NCBI GenBank assembly: GCA_950097015.1
Contig: CATNEN010000002.1
Span: 930,001 to 994,000 of the forward strand
Direction: 5' to 3'
DNA: 64,000 bases
Origin: Macrostomum hystrix
Taxonomy: Eukaryota > Animalia > Platyhelminthes
The position numbers and the translations under genes are program-made. Below the pieces are notes generated by a model that was not told where the DNA came from, made no database searches, and saw nothing but the letters and a program-made list of their open reading frames with translations. Positions 33,601 to 45,795 of this stretch are shown piece by piece (positions within the stretch are counted from its first letter, which is position 1; the number at the start of each line of letters is the position of its first letter).

Positions 33601-36600
33601 GACGCTAAATCTCATCGAAATCTGTGACACCTTCTCAATTTGTCTCGCTCACCGCCGTCGACCGGCTGACCGTTTCGAGCGAGTTGTTCGACGATACAGC
33701 CAACTTGTTTATCAAAGCATTGACCAGTACGTCGACATTTGGCAAAACATTGTTGCCTTGGAATCAGCCTCAGTGTCTGTCGCAAACAACGAGACGTTTG
33801 TTCTGTGCGATGTTCCGCTATTGTGGCAGTGGGACCAGCGAAACAAACGATGGCTTGGAATGTTTAACTTGACAGCCAACTTTTGCACCTCGAACAACCT
33901 GTCCTTCACAGACTCAGTTGTGATGGAGAAGATAAGCTCTTGGTCTAAAAAGATAGAGAAATTTCAGGACAGAGGACAGTCAATCGAAGATGCCTCTGAT
34001 GCAGTGTTCTCGACAGCCATGAAGATGACGCGCTACTCAGAGTACATCTGCCTTCGCGCGAACATGAAATGTGCAGAGGCGGGTAACGACTACACATGGG
34101 TTGGACACGGAGGCGTTTTGCTTGTGTTCGACGGCCTTCACTGCCAGTCTAAAATGTGCAACAACAGGTCCTTGCACTTTTGCAACTTTGTTGTCTTTCA
34201 CCTGAACGAGGTGAGCCCAGGTGAGAGTGCGCCTCAGGATGAGATCAGAGTCGCTACTGTGGAGCTAGTGATGAAGTTTCTGCCGAACAGAAGACACGAG
34301 CTGGTGCTGCAGGCAATGCGGCATCAAAGCGGAGTCAGCGCTTCGTGCTCTCTGGTTCGATGGGACCAGCAGAAGGACGCTGTTGGTGGTAAGCTTTGAT
34401 TCTTTCACTTTCAGATTTCACTTCAAATAAAACGTCGCAGCCGCTTGGAGAATTTAGTAACTTTATTTTTTTGCAAGTGGGTACTTTTGAGGAGATGAGG
34501 TACATGATGAGACTAAAATAAGAAAATGGAAATACAATTCCAGTTGACGCTTTGATCTATAAAACAACGCTAATGGAGAACAATGTTGATTCGTACGCGA
34601 TTCACGTTACAAACAACGGGCAGAAGTCTGTTCGGACTGTGCCGTGCAACAAATGTCAGAATGACGCTCTCGAGAGGGCGATGGACAAGCGCGTTTCTCT
34701 CATTTGGGGGCCGCCGGGTAATCGAAATTCAGTTTCTGTTGATTAGTCACATAATCTCTTAATTTGTTTTATTTTTGCTGGCTAATCTAGCTTGGATTGA
34801 ACTGAAATAGACGACTGGCGAGTGGAGTCCAAATTTACTTGGAATTTATTAATTATTAAGCGACAATTGAAAACTTACACTAATGAAAGATAAAAGTCAA
34901 TCAGACTGCGAGCAACAAGTCAGAAAACTCGGCCTAAACACGCAAGGCCGTAGCTCCGCCAAACCATAGGTTGCACTGATCAGATGGCAGCATACGGCTC
35001 GTAGAAGACCCTTACAACACCAAAAGAGCAAATTCAGTGACAGTGACATTTTTTTATTTTAAAGCTTCAGAATTTGCAAATTTGCATAGCCCTCTTTGAA
35101 TAATTTTAGGTACAGGCAAAACCACCACTGGAGTGATGCTTGTCTTTTGGTTTTCGTTTATCAACCGACATCGCAGGGACGCCTTGCCGATGCCGGACTT
35201 TCAACAGCCAAGCGATGACGAAGAAGTCGAGGACGACAATGAAGACTTAGAGACGGATTTTGAAGAGATCGAAGAAGTCGATGCGTCACTCACTGAAGCC
35301 AACCAAGACGGCTTCCAGACAGTACGCTATAGACATCGCCAGTCGCACAGCTCAACATCATCGACCGTTGTTTCTGACCGACGCAGATGGCAGAAGCTGG
35401 AGACGCGGGAGGTTCAGAGCCGACGCCAGATCCTGTGCTGCGGTCCATCGAACCGCTCAGTCGACGTAATTGTCGAAGCCTCTCGAGACCTTCTGCTGAA
35501 CCAGTGTCCGTCAATGGTTCGCGTCTACAGCGAGCAGGTGGAGCGCGTTCACTATCCGATTCCCGGAGAGCTTGCCACTGCTGACGAAGTAGTCCCAGCG
35601 ATGAGAAGGTATGCACTGCATGAGCTCATTCGGAGTGAGAACAGCGACGAAAGCTACATAATCTGCGGATTCGACACGGCATTTCGCAAGTTCATCGGCA
35701 GCCCTGAAGAGCAGCCCATCACGATGGAACGCGCACTAAGAGAAGCAGCTGCGACCAACTCGCGCTTCGCTCAATTTATTCGAAACAGACGACTTCGATC
35801 AACTCGGCGAGGCGCCTTGGAGCTCGCAGAAGAGGAGGCTGGCAGTGATGCACTCGTTCAGGGCTGTGTCAAGCTCTACAAAGATAAAGTGCTGAAAGCC
35901 AAGATGAGGGTGCTGCAGAACTTCGATGTCGTTCTGTGCACCACGTCTGTCAGCTGCAGCTCCGTTATCCAGCGCGCTTGTCGCTTCGTTCAGATCATCA
36001 TCGACGAGGCGGGAATGTGCACTCAGCCGGAGCTGCTTGTTCCCATTGTTGGTCGATTGAGTGTGAACATCACCGTTCCATCGAGTCTTGGCGCGAGCTC
36101 TCGTACTTTTGGAGGCACGGCCGCGTCACAATTTGCCGAGCGAGTTGTCCTGATCGGTGACCACAAGCAGCTGGCTCCGATCATTCAGAACAAGACGGCT
36201 GCAGAGCTGGGACTGAGCAAGACGTTTCTCGAGATGCACTGTCTCGATTCGGTCATGCTCAACCAGCAGTACCGCATGGTGAGTATTTAATTTGCTTATC
36301 TGCTCTGCAATGATACATACTGTAAGGGAATGAATAATGATTGCGAAACTCGCTTACTTCTCAGCACCCGAGTCTGGCCGACTTTCCGTCTAAGCGCTTC
36401 TACACTGTCAGAGACTCTGGCGGACTGCGCACTCAGCCGTCCAAGTCTTGGACCGGAGTGCTCGATACTGAGACCAAGATGCAGGCAGGCTGCAGTTCCC
36501 AGTGGAATGGACTGAACTGGCACAAGCTGAATAAGGCTGAGCTCTTTGACAGCAAGGATGCCAGCGGAGTGAGACGTCATGGTCTACTGACGGAGCGCAA

Positions 36601-37762
36601 CGCGAACGTGTTGCACGGATGCTGGCCAGGTGTGAGACGAGACAGGCCGTTCGACACGCTGCCAGATGTGCCGGTGAGCGAGTTTCATCCGATGGGTGAG
36701 GAGGAGAGAATCGTCTTCCTGCACATCGAAGGTCGAGAGGAGCGAACGTTCGTTGCCACTGAGGATGGTCGAGAGGACTCGTACAAGAACGATCAAGAAA
36801 TCGACACAGTCGTGAGTCCCTTTTATGAATATAGTAATTTGCAAATGATATCCATTGTGCCGTTTTGTTTTGCAATTTGCTTTACAACTTATTAATGAGT
36901 TACAACATCGGCAACTTATTTCCGCTACTGTAATCTATTTGAGTTTGCTGTTTCTGTTTCTGGATTCAGATTCGGGTCTACAGGGAGATTTTGAGCCGAC
37001 TGAGTGGCCCTGACAGGAAGGATCCTCGCCGATGCGTGGCGCTGATGTCGCAGTACCGGTTCCAGGTCGCTGAGATCAAACGACGCCTGCAGTCTGAGAG
37101 CCTGCCGATGCCCACGGTCAGCACGGTGATCGCCTGTCAGGGCAGCGAGTTTGCATATGTGCTGCTCAGCCTGGTCCGCTCCATGCCGAGCTACGACATT
37201 GAGGAGAACCCGCTGCCCGGCTGGGAGCGGAAGTTCCTCGGCTTCATCACCGATGAGAACCAGACCAACGTGGCGCTGACGAGGGCTCAGCGAGGCCTAA
37301 TTATTATCGGTGAGTGCTATTTCGAAGGCCAATAGTCGTTCAGCGTTTAGCATTTCAACTTGCTTTTTATTAAACTGCGCTTGCTTTCAGTTTTGTTTTA
37401 GCTTAAATGCATGTATAACGAGTTGAAACAGAAGTTCTTGTGAGTTTTCATGGCGAATGTAAGAGCTGTGTGTGTTCCAAATAGTTTTTTGAATTTTTCT
37501 GTGTCCACATTTTTTTATTAAACGAATCATAACTTTATATGAAATGAAACGTTTGCTATTTACGTATAGTATTTTAAAACAGCATATCATTTATTCGCAC
37601 GAATATGCATCAGGCAATAAAAAGCTTCTCCGCCGGGATCTGAACTGGTCGTATCTTTTGCGCGATCTCAAGCTGCGTGGCTGCATTCCGAAGCGCGCTG
37701 AAGACTTTCCTGGCCGCACTGGCAGGAAACTGCGAGCGATGACTCGGACGGGAACATTGTGA
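30656..37762 (+). CDS. HELZ2: HELZ2-like RNB exoribonuclease + UPF1-like SF1 helicase, paralog 3; join(30656..34388,34544..34717,35110..36278,36365..36811,36970..37309,37614..37762), 2003 aa
   Basis: Same exon structure, phases and motifs as paralog 2 (6012 nt). The RNB terminal motif reads QFTSPMRRY instead of HFTSP. Confidence 0.92.
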
Positions 37763-40155
37763 AAAATAGGTTTGTGTGTGCTGTGTATTCTGTACGAATC
37801 CTATGTCTGTTTGTGGACCATATCAGAAAACGCAAATGTTTGTTCATACTTTTTAGTTTCTTCTTTGATGAGCCTTTTTAATAAGTAAATCCGTTCTGCC
37901 GGCTTCGCTTCACCCTCACTGTGCTGCTTTTCAAGATTCATTGTGGGTTGCTTGCAGTCGGCAATAAAACAAACTGGCAACTAATTAATTAAAACATTGA
38001 ACATTACATATAAAAAGTAGGCAATAAAATTTTTTTTCTAAATTCCAGATTTTACTCGTACAGGTGTGCGTTTCCTTTTTTAGTCATTTTTGTTCATTTT
38101 AACACATTTCTTCTTCTGTCGCTGTTTTAATTCCTACAAAATATACTCAGTCTTACTGACAATAATTGAATACTCAATAATGTTGCTTCTACATGTGTGT
38201 TATATAGCCCAAGATATTATCTCAAGAGCATTGTTCATACGCAACTAGCATTATTAATTCACTAAGCTCCACTTAATAGCCATAACTGACTTCAAGAACT
38301 AACTACGACAACATGAACAATGTTACGTTGGGGTCTGCGCACTACTCAGTTCTACCGTCTGTGCACCAAGGTTGTGAACTTACTCTAGACTTACTCTTGA
38401 CTAATCCTCTTTATAGCACATTTTTATATAATTCCACGTTTCTTTCCACTTTCTACTGTTTCACTGCTGGTTCTTACTCTCGCTGTGTATTATAGGTAAA
38501 AAAAAATCTGATAATTTGATTTGATTGGATTTGATCAAATATCACAAAAAAAATTATTTACCACAAGTTTTAAATCGAGCACCGGCTTTAACAAAATTAG
38601 TACGAAACACTCGCTTTTCATTCGGATTTAGTTAATTTTTTCTTTCACTACCCACTGGCAGGTGAATAGACTTAGAATTTTCTACTTAGTTGAAAATGAT
38701 GATTTCCATTTTCAACCTTGCTGACCGCGAGCTGAAAGAAACTTAAGGGAGAGATAAGAAGAAAGTAGATTTACAAGATTTCTTGTTTTTGTAGTTAAAA
38801 CTAGGCATCGAACTTTGACGCACAGGAAATGGGCATTCCGTTTGATAATCTGAAGTCTGAAGTTCCTGAGCGCTCCCAGAGCGATTGGAGATTGTTGACA
38901 GTTTTTACGCCACATCAATCAGCTGAAATGCTTATTAATGAGGCAGTGAGTAATTAGGACACTTTTTCATTTTGAATTCCCGCCACTTTTTCTCACGCGC
39001 TAGCTATTTGTCGTAACCTCACGCGGTGCTCTTTGTTCGTTTTATGCGCACTCAAGCGGAACATGCACCCACCCCAATTTTGCTATATATACAGAGAAAA
39101 ATATAATGCGATCTTCACCTTCGGTCCCCAACCACACCGTTAACAATGGTTAACTCTGTTTACCCTGTTTGATCTGCTATACGTTCTTGACGTTTAGCTC
39201 TACGAAATATAAGCGATTACACTTCCTAACTCTTGCCCTGTTTCGCTATTAAATATACCGAGTTCCTTATTTATTTTCCTAATAAGAGGAAAACAGTTAA
39301 GATACCTTTGCCTTCCCAATCCTCTCCCAAAGATCTCTCATCGGCCTTCTTTACCCAAATCCACCCTATTATATGATCCCTTTGAAATCCCAATATACCG
39401 TCCTAAAATCCCGTCTAAAAAGTCCACCTGAAGTCTATCTGAAGTCCACCTAAAGTTCCCTAAATACCCCCCTGAAGTCCCAAAACTCTGCCTTTATCCC
39501 TCATGAGACTGTACTAATTCCGGACCCCATAGAGGAAAGTAAGTGAGAGTGCGAAGGACGTTCACCAGGCAACTTCAATCCATCCTGATACGCCCCACGG
39601 ACTGTGTGCCCCAGATCAGTGACCTAAGCCCTCGTGCCAGCAACAGTCGATTCTTCTCCCATTGTTAGTATCTAGTGTCTTGCCGCTCGGGCATTAGCGC
39701 TACCTTAGGTATAACCCGAACAGGGTGGAAAATACCTATTCTCACCCTCATAACTTACGCTACCATCCCCCCCAAATACTCAGCTCACCAATCCCAAATC
39801 CAACAAATAGAGAGAGAGCTGAGAGGTCTGCTAGAATTTTCGAGGCTTTTACGTATAGAACGTGACTGCTGCGGCCACTGCGATCACCTAAACTTTTCAC
39901 AAAAAAAATTAAGTCCAAACAAAAAGCTGTTTTTAGAACCAATGAAATCCTAATAAAATTAAGCTCAAGCACAAACACATTTTCAACCATAGACTTCCGG
40001 GCTTCGGATAGCTTAGAATTTGTACAGCTAATCAGGCAAATTAATTAGAGCATTATAAATGAAAAACTAACTAAGCAGAATAGTTAATGCAGTTTGCGCT
40101 ACGCAGAAGCCATCTATGCTGCCGCAAATTCCGATTGGATCAACAGCAAAATTAA

Positions 40156-41857
40156 ATGACGCTGGAGCATTGTAAAAAGAACATCAAAAGAAAGCCTCGA
40201 CAATGCTTTCATCGGCTGTTTGCTTGTGTAGACGGATTCGAATCTGAAAGTGAGGAAAAAGCATCATGCATTGTATCCTACGCAGACTCCGACACAGGCA
40301 AATATGAGAAACATCCTCAGTGCGCAAGAATACGCTCAGACCTGGAGCAACGCGTCCGGCCCCGTAAAAGCTGCTTAATTCAAAATCGCAGGCCGATAAT
40401 AGATGCTGAAAATGAAAACAACGTTAGCTGTCACGAAATTGAAAACTGCGATACCGACAACGAGAGGCGACGATGGACGCGGCGTCGGCTGAAACAAGAA
40501 CACCTGCATAACCAACGTTGTTATCATGGCAGCCACCAACCATGTCAGAGCTGTTGTCCTTCGAAATTAGCAGCTAAATCCCCGACCTATGCAGCTGGAG
40601 TAGCTAAACATCGCCACAAAAAGCGCCTTATGGTTGCCATGCTAGATGACGGTGGAATCGGCCCATATACTGACTGTGATGCAGGCTGCCAAATGAATGT
40701 TTGCACGACTTACGATGATATTAATATTCGGCAAATATTTCAACAGATCACCGACACAATGGACGCCAAGTGTAGGAGCGAATCTCCGATGGAAATTTCC
40801 AGATCATCCACACAGAAAGCTTCGCGTCCAACTTACTCGTCAGCTCAGAAAACTTCCTACACAATGACATTGCCTTATTCATCGCCGCCTCACAAATCGG
40901 CTGATAAATTTGAGCAACAAGTTCAGCAGACCGCATTCCTGACTCGGGGGGCGCCAGAATTGCCTCCGTCACAGACCTGTCAACCGCTGCCACTGCCACA
41001 GACCTGTCAACCCCTATCACTGCCACAGACCTGTCAACCCCTATCACTGCCACAGACCTGTCAACCCCTATCACTGCCACAGACCTGTCAACCGCTACCA
41101 CTGCAACAGACCTGTCAACCGCTACCACTGCAACAGACCTGTCAACCGCTACCACTGCAACAGACCTGTCAACCGCTACCTCCGCCACAGACTAGTCAAC
41201 CTTTAACAACATCACTTGTGACTCAGCAACTGCTGCCGTTCCAGATACATCAAGCTGTATTTACTTCAGAGGCAACTCAATCGTTTCCCTCAAGCCAAAT
41301 TCCTGCAACTCATACATCAAACCTGCCCGTGAAGTATTTCGCGCCGAAGTCGTCACCAGAGCAGCAGCCGCATAGTCAGATTCAGCAGCAGACAGAGTCA
41401 CATCAAGTACAAAAGTCACCCGAATGGTCGCGCGTCAGTCAAACTTCGATCTTGCGTCAGCAATTAAAAAACAAAAATGAGCTGGAATTAGTACGACCAC
41501 AAGTGACTGTCGCTGGCTGTTATCCTACTCGAAACTGCGCCAACACGAAGAGGGGTAAGTGATTTAGAAGCTATCATATTTTTCTATCCAATCTTTATCA
41601 CCATGGCAACTATAATTGTACTAACGGTTCTCTCAGCAATGCTTGGCGTGGCTCGTCGTGGCTATCGCCTATTCCGTCGGGATTTCACACCCTCCTGCAA
41701 TTACTACGGGACTCAAATCACGCCAATGGAGTCAATCAGGCTCAGCAAGGACGAGGACCAGTGGGAGGACTTGGAGATTCAGGTCAAAGGACACAGCGGT
41801 GTCAAAGCGATGAAGCCAAAAGTGAGCAGTCTAGATCAGCCTAATATAGCCTGCTAG
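40156..41857 (+). CDS. uncharacterised Gln/Pro/Ser-rich protein; join(40156..41554,41637..41857), 539 aa
   Basis: A long non-satellite ORF with G|gtaagt at 41555, a TACTAAC branch point and tctcag at 41636. Splicing fuses it in frame to the 41603..41857 ORF. No family was recognised, and the 5' end is uncertain. Confidence 0.6.
40975..41190 (+). repeat. 27-bp coding repeat (QTCQPL[P/S]L[P/Q])x8
   Basis: CAGACCTGTCAACC units are in frame within the ORF. Confidence 0.9.
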
Positions 41858-43197
41858 CAGCCATTACTGTCTAAACGAGAACTAGTAATTTTCAGTGAAA
41901 AATGTTCTGAATCTAGCATTGTTTTCTGTGTATTCGGAGTCAGAAATTTACTTGCTTTTTGCATGAATGATAATTAGCGAATAATGTAAAGCTACAAACT
42001 GTAAAAAATAACTAGACATCTGCAAAACTCAAAGCCTGCGACGGGAAGCAGCGACTGGGCTCTGGCGGGCAAGCAAGAAATGCCTCGTGTGCGCAGTGTT
42101 ACGGGACACCTTCAGGTGACACTCCGGAGCAGCAGCTAGCGAATGTGGCACCAACCCAGGCTCATCTTTATAGGCAGCAGCAGCAGCAACAGCGATATCA
42201 AGTTCAGTTCGATAGGCTCGCAAGGACAAAGCACGACAGGGCTGCCGACTTAAATGTAACAGGAAATAACAGTTATGAGATACAGGTGAACTCAATACTT
42301 GAATTGCTCATAGTATATTGTGGCTGGCACTAATTATGATCACTATCAAAACCAAAAAATTCACAGAACTATGGTGCTCAAGTGCACTTTAGCCATTCTC
42401 ATCACCAATTCAGCACTAATATGTCGGCGTATCATCAGACCGCCCCAGGGGCAGCCGAAGTCTTTGTTCGTCAGAGAGCTGTCCTTCAGCCGCGGTTACC
42501 GACTTGCAGCTCGCCCAGGTTTCAAAGGGATCGGCAAGTTCAGGATTTCGAATTTGCCGCTAGCAGCCGCTACGGAAAACTTTAAATCTGTGATTCTCGT
42601 GACTTTTGAACGCAACAGACTTTACTGCGGCTTTTAAGATGAGTTTGAACATTCTGAACTTTGAAGTTAGAAGGATACAGCATTTTTTTCTGTTTCTGAA
42701 GCTTGAAAACATTGGCAAATGATCACAGCAACGGCAGTTTCAGTACGAATTTTTTAAAGCCAGAGTGCATCGGTTTTAGAAATGTTTTCAAGCAGAAGTT
42801 CTATTACTGGCATTAAGGTTCTACAAAGCTATTATGCATTCAATTTTTTCTTTCGACCACGACAACTGACCCTGACCTGCGTCACGGTGGTTCTCAGTTG
42901 TACTGTCAAGCATGCTATATGAGCGTATAAATATATTTTGTTTATAAAAATCCGACCAACTATTTGGGGTGTCTGGTCCTGGACCTTCCACCTTTAGATA
43001 TTTTTTATCAAAGGGGAAGCGATGAAGACGGCTCGTCCGTCTCCATTCGGAAGCAACTTGCCTTCAACAAGCGGAACCTCCAGTCCCACGGCGACCTCAG
43101 CCTTTGGGACCTGGACGCAGCAGGAGGCCTCAAAATTCTCTCAGACGGAATTCCGTCGACGCTGTGCCCACCGCTCAAATTCAAAACCAGCACTCCG

Positions 43198-43465
43198 CGC
43201 ATACCGCTGCTCCACCGACGACAGAGCTCTGCTGGCATAGGCCACGGGACGGCTGCTGCCGTCTGGCTGCTTCTGGGTGAGAATGGCGCCGAGTCCGATC
43301 GGAGATGCGTCCACCAGGAGCTCTGTGTGCCGCTTGCGATCGAAGAATGCTAGCGTGTCGGCGTTGGAAATTGCACTTTTGATGCTGTTGAATGCCTTGG
43401 TGTGGCTGGCGGTCCATTCCCACGGCTGGCCCTTTTTAGTCAGTTGGCGCAGCGGGGCTGACACT
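43198..43465 (-). mobile_element. Ty3/Gypsy pol fragment (RT connection + RNase H)
   Basis: APLRQLTKKGQPWEWT...AFNSIK...LLVDASPIGLGAILTQ...RPVAYASRALSSVEQRY. Confidence 0.9.
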
Positions 43466-45795
43466 CAGTAAGCGGCGCCTTCACTCAGGACAAGGCTCAC
43501 CTATCTCGGCCCAAACCCGGATCTCCCCCGACGTTTTCAGGCCTGAGAACATCTGCCAGCTCGTCCGTTACCTAAGGGCCACCGGGCGAGCAACTCTCCA
43601 CCTCCTGGACTCTCCGGAGGAGGACCACGCTGCGGACGCCGGCATCACCGGATCCGAAGGATCCCCCTTGCAGCTAAGTGAAGTAAGTCAAGTTGGGGTG
43701 TCTGGGCAACAAGATTTCCTATTTTTATGATGTACGCCGAGACAGGCCTCTAAGAGAAAGTTTTCAACTTAAATATCGGGCCAATTTTTTACAGATCTGT
43801 TGCGTTTCTAACATAATGAATTTGAATTAGTTTCATTCTTAACTAAACATCGCTGAAGGCATTTTAATATAGCTATGCTTAAATGCACAGAATGTTCTCG
43901 GAACTTGTGAGGAGAATAACAAGAAGTAGAGAGGCTATATATTTAGTGATTTAGAGCTGCAGTGAGAAATGTCAATGTCTCTGCTCGCGCGAGACATTCA
44001 GATAGCGTTTAAAAGCTAACGAGTTCATGTACTCACGAGTTGACACTGGGAACTGTCTATATATTATATGATATATGATTTATATATATTACGAGCGTGT
44101 ATATCCTCGTCGGTACTGATGTTGGTATGTGCGGTATATCATATACAGAGTGAGAATTAGTTTTTAGTATTTTTTTTTGCTCGCCGATGTTCTGATCGAG
44201 GTATTATATATTTAAGACTGAAATTTGAAGTATTTAGTATTTAGTATTTATAAAGTAGCCCCTGGCTGAAAAAATTGACTATATATATAACTGATCGATT
44301 GACTGATTTAAGTGCTTATAACTGCATGCGCGAGCAGTTAGTTATTTTTTAATAGGACATTTCTGTATAAATTTGTCACAATAGAACGCGAATAAAGCGC
44401 TTGTACAATCCAGGTCTGCTTATATTTATTGTAGCTAGAAAATTCTGGAAAATTCTTGTAAACGACGTCCTAATTCTTCTGCATGAAATTTTTTCTATTA
44501 CGGAAATTTCGATTGTTTGCGGTACGGTATTGTATTCCAGATGATCTCTCCAGCTACAGAATGAATATAAATATATATTTTAGGTTAATCTATAATTAAG
44601 TAACACTGCCAAGGACCACTGCGAGTACGACCACCGAATTTTATAAAGCTTCACTCACAAACTGTTGATCTTCGTATTTTTTTACTTTATTTACTATCAA
44701 GCACAATAACTAATAGGTTGAGAGCAATCTAGTGACTTAATTTCAAATCAATTTCAATTAAGTATTTGTGAATTAGTACTTTTTTATTTAAAAAACCTAC
44801 TTCTCCTAGTCATCCGTGTATGAAGCGTTGTGTGTGCTGTTGCGACCTGAAACCTTTGACCTTCATAAAATTACACGACCGAATTAAGGTGAATTACTGG
44901 ATTGCGTATTTTTTCATTTCGTTTTTGTTTCATTATCTCTGGAAAATCAAGAGAGATAAGGAAAAACATGCCTGAAACGCGAGTAAAAATTCTTTTGTTT
45001 AAAAAAAAATTTGTGTAAAATTATGGTTCTTCCAATTTCTAGGAAGTAGTTCGAAAGCGTTGTCCAGGTACTACGAATATGACATCCAGCAAGCAATGGC
45101 TTTAATGTGTGAAATAAAAATAATCCGAAGCAAATATGAAAGTTTCTGTGCCACAGATTTTTTCCTGAAAATTTTCATTTTTAATTTATATTTAAAATGT
45201 TATTAAGAACACGTTTTTTAAAGAGTTTTTAGCACAATACGACAACGACAGTAAGACATCACATATTTAACAGACCTTTAGCAAGAAATATAGAAAAAAG
45301 AAGCTTTGATTATGTCTAGTGATATAATCAATTATGTCGGATTACAGTGCTAACACAAATCGAATCAGCCATTTGTGTTAGCATTTAAATTTAGCCCTAA
45401 AAATTTGGCTAAATAACTCATGTCAACAGAAGGCTTTAAACTGAAAACAAATTAACAATAAATTGTACTAGACAAGAGCACACACGCTGTAATCTTGAGT
45501 TAGCTAGGCATTTATACTTAACTGTATCTAACTAGACTATCTATTAATGCTTTGTATTAAAACCATCTCTGAAAAAATATTATACTTTAAAATCACATTT
45601 ATCAAAAAGTAACATAGGCCTAACCTAGTTCTAATTATTCTAATTTTGTTGTCTAAAAATACAATAATTTGACAGTCCCTTATAAAGTGCTAACACAAAT
45701 GTTAAATAATGTCTCAGTATGAATGCTATGAATTATGATAAGTAGGCCTAATGATACCAACAACAATTTCAGTCATAAAAAGTCAGTAAGCCAAA

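Noticed and set aside
41603-41857. Separate small signal-peptide ORF forming a bicistronic pair
   Set aside because: Its hydrophobic N-terminus lies within an intron with perfect donor, branch point and acceptor signals; it is better explained as exon 2.
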